Shown here one piece after another: positions 8,033 to 16,047 of a stretch of 42,000 nucleotides of DNA. Each line of letters begins with the position of its first letter. The stretch's first letter is position 1. The DNA comes from a virus (taxonomy: Duplodnaviria; Caudoviricetes), in IMG/VR virus record IMGVR_UViG_3300019124_000014, positions 1 through 42,000 of that record; one strand, written 5' to 3'. Under the pieces are notes generated by a model. That model saw only the letters and a list, made by a program, of their open reading frames with translations. It ran no database searches and had not been told where the DNA came from. The translations under genes were made by a program, and so were the position numbers.

Positions 8033-8455
8033 ATGGGTTTCAAAAAGCGAGTAGAAGCATATGCCAAAACCGTTAACTGCTCGTTGAAGATGGCTCGCAT
8101 TCGCGTTCGATACTTTGAACGTCTGAGAAAGATCATGTACAACACAAGTATTTGCCCAAAGTGCGGGAAAGCTACCCTCGAAATGGAAATGGGCAGCTAC
8201 GAAGAGGGGATTAAACCCTACGTCTACTGCTCAAATGATAGGGTGCCGGAGACTGAGGACGGAGAGACATACTTCACGGATTGCGGTTTTACTGATGATA
8301 TGAAGGACGAGTACACACCTATATCCCCTTGGTTTGACTTTGACATCGTGCTTGCATTTGCAGTCAATGGGCGACCGCCAGAATACGATGTTGGCGAGAA
8401 TTGGGAGGAGTTTGTTCGAGCTGATACGGAATCGCTGCTGCAAGAAGCAATTTAA
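8033..8455 (+). CDS. Zinc-ribbon hypothetical protein
   Basis: AAGGAGG RBS; CPKC and YC...DC motifs. Confidence 0.65.
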   Translation: MGFKKRVEAYAKTVNCSLKMARIRVRYFERLRKIMYNTSICPKCGKATLEMEMGSYEEGIKPYVYCSNDRVPETEDGETYFTDCGFTDDMKDEYTPISPWFDFDIVLAFAVNGRPPEYDVGENWEEFVRADTESLLQEAI

Positions 8456-8489
8456 CACGATAGTTATTGAGAAAAATGGAGGGGTAAAC

Positions 8490-8861
8490 ATGCAGGAATT
8501 TGAGTTTCGAGCGTGGCACGAAGGGGCGCAAAAAATGCTGTACGAGGACAGAGCCGGGGAAGCGTTCATGTGGCTGTCACAGCGGCAACCCGTAAAAATC
8601 ATGCAGTTTACGGGCTTGCGGGACAAAAACGGCAAGAGGATTTTTGGCGGGGATATAGTTGTTTTCAAATGCGCTTATTGCGGAAACAAAAAAATCACAG
8701 CAACGGTGACGTATGACCGGTTCATAATGTCTTTCGTTTTCGGCAGGGGAGAAGATGGCCATTTCAGAAACGACGCAACAATAACTGACCTGGAAGTAAT
8801 CGGCAACATTTACGAGAATCCCGAATTAATACAGCTTGCGGAGGGGGACGCGAATGACTGA
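8490..8861 (+). CDS. yopX: YopX-family protein
   Basis: FRAW, MQFTGLRDKNGKRIFGGDIV and EVIGNIYENPEL motifs. Confidence 0.9.
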   Translation: MQEFEFRAWHEGAQKMLYEDRAGEAFMWLSQRQPVKIMQFTGLRDKNGKRIFGGDIVVFKCAYCGNKKITATVTYDRFIMSFVFGRGEDGHFRNDATITDLEVIGNIYENPELIQLAEGDAND

Positions 8862-9162
8862 GCAGCAGATCATTGAAACGCTGGCAACGCAGGTGATGGG
8901 GTGGAAAATAGGCGCATTCTATGACGACCATAACCGATTGCGTCATGACGCTTGCTTTGAGGACGGTCACGGGTTCGTGTTGTTTTTGAATAAGTGGAAC
9001 CCACTCCGAAACATAGCGGATGCGTGGATGATTGTGGAGAAATTCGGTAGTATGCCATACGACGATATTCGTCGTATTAGGTTCATGGCTTTGATGCCCG
9101 TCAAAATATACGACATTACTTCAAAATCCATTTGCGAGACTGCATTTAAGGCAATCGCTTAA
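8854..9162 (+). CDS. Phage ABA-sandwich-like protein (paralog 1)
   Basis: LATQVMGW...WNPLRNIADAWMIVEK...SICETA. Confidence 0.75.
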   Translation: MTEQQIIETLATQVMGWKIGAFYDDHNRLRHDACFEDGHGFVLFLNKWNPLRNIADAWMIVEKFGSMPYDDIRRIRFMALMPVKIYDITSKSICETAFKAIA

Positions 9163-9181
9163 CACAAAAATGGTGGTGTAG

Positions 9182-9205
9182 AAACCCGGAGCAATCCGGG
9201 TTTTT
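9182..9205 (+). terminator. Intrinsic terminator
   Basis: AAACCCGGA-gcaa-TCCGGGTTT followed by T run. Confidence 0.8.
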
Positions 9206-9208
9206 CTT

Positions 9209-9287
9209 TTCGACATTCGACAAAAAAATGTCGAAATCTGTCTTGACGAGTCGATTACTGGCGGTTATTATAATAACCAGTAGTAAT
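9209..9287 (+). promoter_or_regulatory. SigA promoter with three Spo0A boxes and a 34-bp palindromic operator
   Basis: TTCGACA at 9209 and 9216, TGTCGAA at 9229; TTGACG (9243)-17-TATTAT (9266); ATTACT-n3-GGTTATTATAATAACC-n3-AGTAAT at 9254-9287. Confidence 0.75.
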
Positions 9288-9314
9288 AATATACCAAGGA
9301 AACGAGGTGAGAGA

Positions 9315-9512
9315 ATGCGACTTCAAGAGTTGAGATTGGCCAAGGGATTCAAAACCCAGGAATCATTCGCAAGCGCAACCGGCCTATCTCAATCGTTTAT
9401 TGCACAAGTGGAGGCCGGGAAAAAATGGCCCAGCTTGCGAACTCTCCGGGTTATGGCGAAAACCCTGGGGTGTACGATTGACGAGATTGTAGAAGAAAAA
9501 ACGGAGGGGTAA
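9315..9512 (+). CDS. Xre/Cro-family HTH transcriptional regulator
   Basis: LQELRLAKG-TQESFA-TGLSQSFIAQVEAG-PSL-AKTLG pattern; GAGGTG RBS. Confidence 0.88.
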   Translation: MRLQELRLAKGFKTQESFASATGLSQSFIAQVEAGKKWPSLRTLRVMAKTLGCTIDEIVEEKTEG

Positions 9513-9517
9513 ACAAC

Positions 9518-10498
9518 ATGCCGAAGGTGATTGTCGAAACGGCGAACATGAGCAGGATGGAGTGGCTGGAAGCCAGGCGGAAGGTGCGGGGCCTTGGCGG
9601 TTCCGACATGAGCGTGGTTTTAGGGCTGAACAAGTGGAAAACACCGTTCCAATTGTGGCTGGAAAAGACGGGGCAAGTCGAAAGCGACGAGTTGTACATA
9701 GTCGATGAGGACGGCGCTTTCGTATCCGGCAACGAGGCGGCATATTGGGGCCACGTTGACGAGGATATTGTGGCGAAGGAGTTTGCGCTGCGGCACAAAA
9801 AGAAGGTCCGGCGGCGCAACGCGATCCTGCAACATGACGAGTACGATTTCCTGTTCGCCAATATCGACCGGGAGATTGTCGGGGAAGATGCCGGTTTGGA
9901 ATGCAAGATTACAAGCGCATACAACGCGAAGGAATGGACCGGTGACGAGATACCGGAAGCGTACATTGTGCAATGTCAGCATTACATGGCCGTAACCGGC
10001 AAAAAAGAATGGTACATTGCCTGCAAGATCGGCGGCAACAAGTTTGTTTCCAAGTTGATTTCCAGGGACGACGAGTTAATTGCCATAATCATCGAACGTG
10101 CGAAACACTTCTGGCAGCATCACGTTTTGGGCAACGTGCCGCCCGCCATTGACGGGTCAAGCGCAGCAGAAAAATTCCTCAACGAGCGATACAAGAAGGC
10201 GGAACACGGAAAAGTCGTTGAGTTAGGGAGTCAGTACAAGGAAAAGGTGGACGAGTTGTTACAACTGAAAGCGACCATCAAAGAATTGGACGAGCAGGCG
10301 ACGGCCATCGAGAACCAACTGAAACACGAACTGCAACAAGCGGAGATCGGCCTGGTGCATGGATACGAAATCAAATGGACGTCGTACAGCCAGGGCCGCA
10401 TTGATTCAAACGCGCTGAAAGAGAAGTACCCGGACATTGCGAAGGAAGTCACCAAGACCATTCAGTCACGAAAATTCCAAATTAAGGAGTTGGCATAA
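9518..10498 (+). CDS. yqaJ: YqaJ-family (lambda-exonuclease-like) recombination nuclease
   Basis: EWLEARR-GLGGSD, ANIDR, GLECK and YIVQCQHYMAVTG motifs. Confidence 0.93.
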   Translation: MPKVIVETANMSRMEWLEARRKVRGLGGSDMSVVLGLNKWKTPFQLWLEKTGQVESDELYIVDEDGAFVSGNEAAYWGHVDEDIVAKEFALRHKKKVRRRNAILQHDEYDFLFANIDREIVGEDAGLECKITSAYNAKEWTGDEIPEAYIVQCQHYMAVTGKKEWYIACKIGGNKFVSKLISRDDELIAIIIERAKHFWQHHVLGNVPPAIDGSSAAEKFLNERYKKAEHGKVVELGSQYKEKVDELLQLKATIKELDEQATAIENQLKHELQQAEIGLVHGYEIKWTSYSQGRIDSNALKEKYPDIAKEVTKTIQSRKFQIKELA

Positions 10499-10500
10499 CA

Positions 10501-11316
10501 ATGGCAACGAACAACAGCCTCAAAAACCAATTGGCGAACAGAACAGGACAGGCGTCCGCGCCGAAGCAAATGACGCTAAAAGCGTTGCTTGCCTCACCAT
10601 CAATCAAGCAACGGCTTGAAGAAACGTTGAAAGACCGAGCGCCGCAATTCACCACGTCGCTATTGAGTTTGTACAGCAACGAACGGATGCTACAAAACTG
10701 CGAAGCAATGAGCATCGTTCAATCGGCAATGACGGCGGCGGCCCTGGACCTGCCGGTGGAAAAATCCTTGGGTTACGCATACATCGTGCCATACGGTACA
10801 AGCGCGACGTTTTTGCTTGGCTACAAGGGGATCATACAGCTTGCCTTGCGTTCCGGACAGTATCGGTACATCAACGCCATTGAAATTTATGAGGGCGAAT
10901 TGGTCAAGTGGGATCGTCTGACAGAGGAATTGGCGATCGACGAATCCCGCCGGGCGTCCGATGTGGTGATTGGCTATGCCGCATCTTTCGAGTTGCTAAA
11001 CGGGTTCAAGAAAACCGTTTACTGGACGAAAGAACAAGTCATTAAGCACCGGGACAAGTATTCAAAATCAAAGAGCAAGGGGCCATGGGTGGACAATTTC
11101 GATAGCATGGCGCTAAAAACCGTACTGCGTAACATGTTGAGCAAATGGGGCATTTTGTCCGTCCAAATGCAACAGGCGTTTAAGGAGGACGAGCATATGG
11201 AGCAGGAGCCGCCCAAAGAGATTGATCCGGCAGAGATCGTGGTTGATGGGGTGGACACCGAGACCGGCGAAATCATTGACGTGCAGACGGATGAAGCGCC
11301 TGACACGTTGATATAA
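10501..11316 (+). CDS. recT: RecT-family single-strand annealing recombinase
   Basis: LGYAYIVPY, LGYKGIIQLALRSG and PWVDNFDSMALKTV motifs; adjacent to YqaJ. Confidence 0.93.
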   Translation: MATNNSLKNQLANRTGQASAPKQMTLKALLASPSIKQRLEETLKDRAPQFTTSLLSLYSNERMLQNCEAMSIVQSAMTAAALDLPVEKSLGYAYIVPYGTSATFLLGYKGIIQLALRSGQYRYINAIEIYEGELVKWDRLTEELAIDESRRASDVVIGYAASFELLNGFKKTVYWTKEQVIKHRDKYSKSKSKGPWVDNFDSMALKTVLRNMLSKWGILSVQMQQAFKEDEHMEQEPPKEIDPAEIVVDGVDTETGEIIDVQTDEAPDTLI

Positions 11317-11334
11317 CGAAAAGGGGGAAGGGTC

Positions 11335-11589
11335 ATGGAATTGTTTGTGCAGGCGAAAGTTTTCAATCCGGCACTTGTGGGAAAGGCGGTTCGCATTACC
11401 GGCTATGATGAGGACGGCGTGAGTTTGGACGGTTTGTACCTGGTCAAACACGTTGCTGGCGAGAAAATTCAATTGGTTAAGTCGAACGGAAATATGTTCA
11501 GCTTGCACATGGAAAGTTTCGAGCCTCACATCATTGAATTTACCGGAGAGGAATACCCAAGACTGATAATGACCGTTTTGGAAGGTTAA
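11335..11589 (+). CDS. Hypothetical phage protein
   Basis: ORF with G-rich RBS in the early operon. Confidence 0.6.
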   Translation: MELFVQAKVFNPALVGKAVRITGYDEDGVSLDGLYLVKHVAGEKIQLVKSNGNMFSLHMESFEPHIIEFTGEEYPRLIMTVLEG

Positions 11590-11646
11590 AGACAATCGGG
11601 CGAGGCGGCCCGGCGCGGCCGCCGGACCTTTTGCGAGGGGATAAAC

Positions 11647-11871
11647 ATGGCGAAAAGTTTGTACGAGGCGTTGAAGGGGTTGGAAACCAAGCTGAAAGAA
11701 ATTGCCCAGGAAGCGGATCACTTGGACGATGAATTGCGTTGGGCGAACAATCTTTTGGATGATGTTGCCCGGTTCATTCGTTTGGGCAAGCCGGATGATG
11801 CGCTGGAAAAGATCGAAGAAGTGCAAGGACAGATCGGCAAAGTCATGGAAGCACTCTGGAAGGCATCCTGA
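11647..11871 (+). CDS. Coiled-coil hypothetical protein
   Basis: GAGGGG RBS; heptad pattern. Confidence 0.6.
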   Translation: MAKSLYEALKGLETKLKEIAQEADHLDDELRWANNLLDDVARFIRLGKPDDALEKIEEVQGQIGKVMEALWKAS

Positions 11872-12058
11872 CGCATGGCGCGGGCCGTTGGATTCTGCTG
11901 GCTGGTGTTCCTGTTTTGTTCGCTGATGTTTGTGGCAATCAGCACGTTTGTTCATTTGGGGTATATGTGAACGTGCGGTTGCAAAAAAGTATGTTTTTGG
12001 GCAATTCAGTTGCAATTACGTTTGTCAAGGCAAAACGGAGAAGGAAGGGGAGCGGGAC

Positions 12059-12190
12059 ATGATGTACGGAATTAAAGTGGGCGAAATGATCCTGGAAACA
12101 TTCTATACGCCTTTGGAAGCATACGAGGCGGCAATGTTCGCCTATCAAGAAACAGGAGTATTCCATGAGGTTGTCGCAATAGCTGATTAA
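12059..12190 (+). CDS. Small hypothetical protein
   Basis: AAGGGGAG RBS; MMYGIKVGEMILETFYTPLEAYEAA...TGVFHEVV. Confidence 0.55.
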   Translation: MMYGIKVGEMILETFYTPLEAYEAAMFAYQETGVFHEVVAIAD

Positions 12191-12217
12191 CACAACGGTA
12201 ATTTAGATAAATGGAGG

Positions 12218-12613
12218 GTGGGGCACATGCGTTTAAAACGAAAATGGAAGATCCACAATCAGAAGTCTCTGGACACTCTATTGAAGCGTTCAGAGCGTAG
12301 AGAAAACAAACCTTACCATTGCCCGTGCTGCAACAAAGCTCTTTATCGCCATAGCTACCGCGAAGATTATTGGGGAGAAGTAGAAGGCGGCTACATGTGC
12401 GAAGTGTGTAGCTACCAGGATTATTTCAGCTACGGGGGGCATACAGTGGGAGCCGGTGTGTGGGAAGGGTATTACGGATACAACACAGATCATCGAGAAG
12501 TGACTCGTATTCGCAATGAGTTTGCGCGGCAGATTGCGATAGCAAGACGTGAACGAAAGAGAAATCGACAGTTTTATTATGCGAAGAAAAAGTCACAACG
12601 GAAGACAGCTTAA
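12218..12613 (+). CDS. Basic zinc-ribbon hypothetical protein
   Basis: CPCC and CEVC pairs; start uncertain (12218 or 12227). Confidence 0.6.
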   Translation: MGHMRLKRKWKIHNQKSLDTLLKRSERRENKPYHCPCCNKALYRHSYREDYWGEVEGGYMCEVCSYQDYFSYGGHTVGAGVWEGYYGYNTDHREVTRIRNEFARQIAIARRERKRNRQFYYAKKKSQRKTA

Positions 12614-12648
12614 CAAAACACACGATTCGTTAAGAGGGGGCAAGGAGG

Positions 12649-12915
12649 TTGAGATACTTTGTATTCAAAGATCCTTACGCGCTTATCATAGCGCCTTACA
12701 AGTCAGCGGCTCGAAAACTTTATGCTGCACAAGTGATAGGCGACATGGGAGATACAGAAGAAGTCGAAGTTATCGAAGTGGAACGAGGACATGCTATTGC
12801 GGCATTCCGGAGAGAAAACCAAGATATTCCGATGGCCGATTTTCTTAACCAATTCGATCAATACCAAAACGAAACGGATGGGTTGGTATTATTGGTTGAC
12901 AATTCCTTGATGTAG
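12649..12915 (+). CDS. Hypothetical phage protein
   Basis: TTG start with purine-rich RBS; MRYFVFKDPYALIIA. Confidence 0.6.
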   Translation: MRYFVFKDPYALIIAPYKSAARKLYAAQVIGDMGDTEEVEVIEVERGHAIAAFRRENQDIPMADFLNQFDQYQNETDGLVLLVDNSLM

Positions 12916-12953
12916 CTTTACAAAACATTACGCCCGAAAAGGAGCGAATCAGA

Positions 12954-13466
12954 ATGATTCCTGTAAAAATCAAAAAGCTGCACCCGGATGCGGTGATCCC
13001 GAAGTATGCAAAGCCCGGTGACGCCGGGTTTGACCTGGTGGCGATTGAAGACGTGATTATTCCGCCGGGAGAATCCGCAAAAGTACGGACGGGGCTGGCG
13101 TTTGCGCTGCCGCCGGGCTACGAAATACAAGTCCGTCCACGTTCGGGAGTGAGTGACAAAACAAAGCTGCGGATAAGCAATTCGCCGGGCACGATTGATT
13201 CCGGCTATCGTGGCGAGGTATGCGTGCTGATTGACAACATTGCGACGGTTCCTGCAAGTGCGGATGATTGGTTACAAACCAAGGCCATTGACGGCAAGGT
13301 TGTGTTTGGGACGAAAGCGCCGGAGGGAACCTATCTCATCCGCAAAGGCGACCGGATTGCCCAGGGCGTACTTGCCGCAGTGCCAGTTGCCGAATTTGAG
13401 GAAGTGGACGAGTTGGACGAAACAGAACGGGGCGCGGGCGGATTTGGTTCTACCGGCACGAAATAA
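12954..13466 (+). CDS. dut: Trimeric dUTPase
   Basis: Five motifs: AGFDL, RSG, GTIDSGYRGE, RIAQ, RGAGGFGSTG. Confidence 0.96.
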   Translation: MIPVKIKKLHPDAVIPKYAKPGDAGFDLVAIEDVIIPPGESAKVRTGLAFALPPGYEIQVRPRSGVSDKTKLRISNSPGTIDSGYRGEVCVLIDNIATVPASADDWLQTKAIDGKVVFGTKAPEGTYLIRKGDRIAQGVLAAVPVAEFEEVDELDETERGAGGFGSTGTK

Positions 13467-13477
13467 ACAACCGAAGG

Positions 13478-13507
13478 AAAATCCCGGAAAAAATCCGGGG
13501 TTTTTTA
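13478..13507 (+). terminator. Intrinsic terminator after dut
   Basis: AAATCCCGGA-aaaaa-TCCGGGGTTT followed by T run. Confidence 0.8.
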
Positions 13508-13574
13508 TTGCCAAGCCGGTCTGTCGATGGTATATTGGTTGTAAAGATTTTACGAACCAAAAATCCTTACAACC
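13508..13574 (+). promoter_or_regulatory. SigA promoter of the receptor gene with operator 1 over the start site
   Basis: TTGCCA (13508)-17-TATATT (13531); inverted repeat GGTTGTAAAGATTTT...AAAATCCTTACAACC at 13537-13574 (GTTGTA-N24-TACAAC). Confidence 0.75.
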
Positions 13575-13591
13575 ACGCAAGGGGGAATACG

Positions 13592-14890
13592 ATGGACAAT
13601 CAAACACTTTCTTGCTATGTGTTGGACGAAATGGGCAAGCGCGGACTGACGCAGAACAAGGTGGCTGCCATGTCCGGAATCAACAAGGGAAACTTGACGA
13701 AGTATCTCAAAGGCGCGGCATGGTACACGCTGGACGTGGTTGACAAGTTGGTTGACGCGATTGGTCTGGACCGCCTGACTGCATACGAACTGTACAGCAA
13801 AGAGGTTTTCAGATCGGATGCAAGCAAAGTCATGAAAAAGCGGGAAGATTTGCTTAAAAGGTGTATCGAGCATGGTTTCGTGGAATTGGCAGAGCGCGTG
13901 GCCAGCGCCATGCTGGAAGAAGGGTCTACGGCAATAGGTTTCTACCGCATGGCCGAGGAATACCGGCTACAAGGAAAAGAGAGCGAGGCGCTTGGCCTGT
14001 ATGACAAAGCCATGAGCCTGGAAACGGACCGATATTCCGAATTGCTGGCCTTGTGCCTCTACCGGAAATTTTCCATTTTGCGTGATAAGGATTTGAAGCG
14101 GGTCTATGACGTGGCGTTGGAATTTTCGCTGTACATCAAGAATTTACCGTCTTTTGGCCCGCAAGAGCAAGCGGAAAAATTAGAGGCGTACCGCAAACTG
14201 ATTGCGACATTCTACGAGTTGAAAAAATACGATCACATGTTGTTTTACTGCGACGAACTGGCCGAATTGACCACGAAAATGCAAGGAGCGGACGAGCGGA
14301 CAGCAAGAAAATACCACGGGTATTCCAAGGTGTACAAGGGTTTTGCTTTGAGGGCCACAAAGCGGTATCCCGAAGCGCTGGCGGTCATTGAAGAGTACCG
14401 CGACAACGACACGGATAATTTCTCGGCATGGGCTACGAGCAACAACCTATACGTTCGTGTTGAAATGGGAGAAGTTGAGGCGATCCCGGAAATGCTGGAA
14501 TTTGTGAAGAAAAATCCAATGAACAGCACAGGCGTAATTTTGTCGTTACAAACCTATTTATCCCATGGTAAAATAGTAGATGCGGGGTACGTTGTTGAAA
14601 CGTATCGGGAGCAGATCGACAAAATAATCAACTCTTGCGATATGTTCTATCAAACGTGGCAATGCGACCTTTTTGTTGCGCTTTCCGAATACTACCGGAT
14701 CGCGGGACAAAAAGAGAAGGCCAAGGCATGTTTGATAGACGCTATACGCGCAAGTTTGCGCTTGTGCCAACACGAAAAGTGGCTGCATTGCATCCAGACA
14801 TACAACGCACATTACATCGAGAAGAGCGCAGACAATGTTGATTATTTCGAGTTGCTTTCACAATCCGGCAAATTGTTCAACGGAGAGTGA
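13592..14890 (+). CDS. RRNPP-family peptide receptor (AimR/AloR-like): N-terminal Xre HTH plus TPR repeats
   Basis: HTH GLTQNKVAAMSGINKGNLTKYLKG; helical TPR-like body (EALGLYDKAM, LALCLYRKF, YPEALAVIEEY, FSAWATSNN); 432 aa; followed directly by a secreted pro-peptide gene. Confidence 0.85.
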   Translation: MDNQTLSCYVLDEMGKRGLTQNKVAAMSGINKGNLTKYLKGAAWYTLDVVDKLVDAIGLDRLTAYELYSKEVFRSDASKVMKKREDLLKRCIEHGFVELAERVASAMLEEGSTAIGFYRMAEEYRLQGKESEALGLYDKAMSLETDRYSELLALCLYRKFSILRDKDLKRVYDVALEFSLYIKNLPSFGPQEQAEKLEAYRKLIATFYELKKYDHMLFYCDELAELTTKMQGADERTARKYHGYSKVYKGFALRATKRYPEALAVIEEYRDNDTDNFSAWATSNNLYVRVEMGEVEAIPEMLEFVKKNPMNSTGVILSLQTYLSHGKIVDAGYVVETYREQIDKIINSCDMFYQTWQCDLFVALSEYYRIAGQKEKAKACLIDAIRASLRLCQHEKWLHCIQTYNAHYIEKSADNVDYFELLSQSGKLFNGE

Positions 14891-14896
14891 TTCGGA

Positions 14897-14986
14897 ATGA
14901 AGAAGCTTGCGTGCGCTGTTTTTATCTTGGCTTGTGCCATGGCAATTCCGCTTATGGCCTTTGCTGACAGTGGACCAGGACACTAA
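14897..14986 (+). CDS. AimP/AloP-like signalling pro-peptide MKKLACAVFILACAMAIPLMAFA-DSGPGH
   Basis: Not in the ORF track; Sec signal (MKK, hydrophobic core, A-F-A cleavage site) leaves hexapeptide DSGPGH; 6 nt after the receptor stop; GGAGAGTGA RBS. Confidence 0.88.
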   Translation: MKKLACAVFILACAMAIPLMAFADSGPGH

Positions 14987-14994
14987 GGGGCACC

Positions 14995-15030
14995 AAAAAA
15001 GACCTTGCCGATTTCGGCAGGGTCTTTTTT
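14995..15030 (+). terminator. Terminator of the receptor-peptide operon
   Basis: AAAAAAGACCTTGCCG-attt-CGGCAGGGTCTTTTTT. Confidence 0.9.
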
Positions 15031-15051
15031 GTTCCTCAAAAAAAGTAGAGT

Positions 15052-15088
15052 GTTGTAGAAAATTAATAGAATCAAAAAAACTTACAAC
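15052..15088. promoter_or_regulatory. Operator 2 for the receptor (AimR-box geometry)
   Basis: GTTGTA-N25-TACAAC with an AT-rich spacer; same half-sites as operator 1. Confidence 0.75.
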
Positions 15089-15173
15089 CAAATGTAAAGT
15101 AGAGTCAAGAGGAACGACAACAAAGGTAAACGGCGTGGTTGTCGGTCCCGAATTTTGCGAGGGGGAAATGAGT

Positions 15174-15590
15174 ATGACAAAGGCGATTGACATTCAAAAA
15201 GAGCAAAAGGCGGTTCTGGCAGCGGTGATCCTACATAACGCCGGGCGGCGCATGACCTACGAGGAATTGAGCGTAGAGTTTGGGGCATTGTCGGAGAGCG
15301 TCGGGCCGGTGGACATGGAGGACGTCATGCGTCGGTTCCCGGAAGTGGTGCGCGTGGCGGACAACGTGTACAAGTACGTGGACAAGCCGCGGGCGTACAG
15401 CACCGCCGAAATGATCCAGGCAGCGCAGCATGAAGATGTGTACGAGTGCGTTGGGGGCGACAATGCATTCCTTGGCAAGAAAGTGCGGCGCGGGCGGAGC
15501 GGGATCATGTGGATTACCGGATTCATGGCGGGCGAATTACTGGCGGTTGGCGACGTGGTTTTGGGCCTGGTTTGGAAGAAAGAACAATGA
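15174..15590 (+). CDS. Gene in the aimX position; possible N-terminal winged-helix (Rok-like) domain
   Basis: GAGGGGG RBS; lies between operator 2 and a terminator; VILHNAGRRMTYEEL...VMRRFPEVVRVADNVYKY resembles a wHTH. Confidence 0.55.
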   Translation: MTKAIDIQKEQKAVLAAVILHNAGRRMTYEELSVEFGALSESVGPVDMEDVMRRFPEVVRVADNVYKYVDKPRAYSTAEMIQAAQHEDVYECVGGDNAFLGKKVRRGRSGIMWITGFMAGELLAVGDVVLGLVWKKEQ

Positions 15591-15605
15591 CGCGATTTTC
15601 CAAAT

Positions 15606-15690
15606 TTCGACACGCCCAATAATTTTTTGGGCGTTTTTTGTCGAAAAATAGCGAATTTTCGTAGACAAGCTGGGCGTGTTGTTGTAAAGT
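15606..15690 (+). promoter_or_regulatory. Terminator flanked by Spo0A boxes, then a SigA promoter for the replication operon
   Basis: TTCGACA at 15606; ACGCCCAA/TTGGGCGT hairpin plus T run; TGTCGAA at 15639; TAGACA (15662)-17-TAAAGT (15685). Confidence 0.7.
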
Positions 15691-15725
15691 GAAAGAGTAG
15701 AAAACAGAAAGGAGTTGATAGACCG

Positions 15726-15944
15726 TTGAAAATTTTTGCGAAGGCAGATTTTCGCGTTGTTCGCATCAAGAATGGATTTACCATGGCGAAACTTGCCAGA
15801 ATGCTGGGAGTCTCTAGGACGGCTATGGGGCTGTTTGAACGCCGGAAAAACGGGATAAGCCCGGAGAAGTCTAGGATGCTGCTGGACATTTTGGGAGTAG
15901 AGTTTGATGACGTATTTGAATTGGTCGAGCGGGGCGGCGATTGA
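15726..15944 (+). CDS. Cro-like Xre HTH regulator
   Basis: RIKNGFTMAKLARMLGVSRTAMGLFERRKNGISP...LGVEFDDVF; AAAGGAG RBS. Confidence 0.85.
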   Translation: MKIFAKADFRVVRIKNGFTMAKLARMLGVSRTAMGLFERRKNGISPEKSRMLLDILGVEFDDVFELVERGGD

Positions 15945-15993
15945 GAGTGGTGAAAAAACAGCATGACGTTGCATTGACCGTATTTTCTCTGAA

Positions 15994-16023
15994 ATTCCCG
16001 GAACTTCCCGGAATTTCTCGGAA
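15994..16023 (+). repeat. 10-bp iteron array upstream of the initiator gene
   Basis: TTCCCGGAAC TTCCCGGAAT TTCTCGGAAC. Confidence 0.75.
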
Positions 16024-16047
16024 CCTCCGAACAAGGGAGGGTAGATA

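Noticed and set aside
14907-15173. Long N-terminal extension of the 227-aa ORF in the track
   Set aside because: It runs through the peptide gene, terminator and operator; the RBS supports a start at 15174
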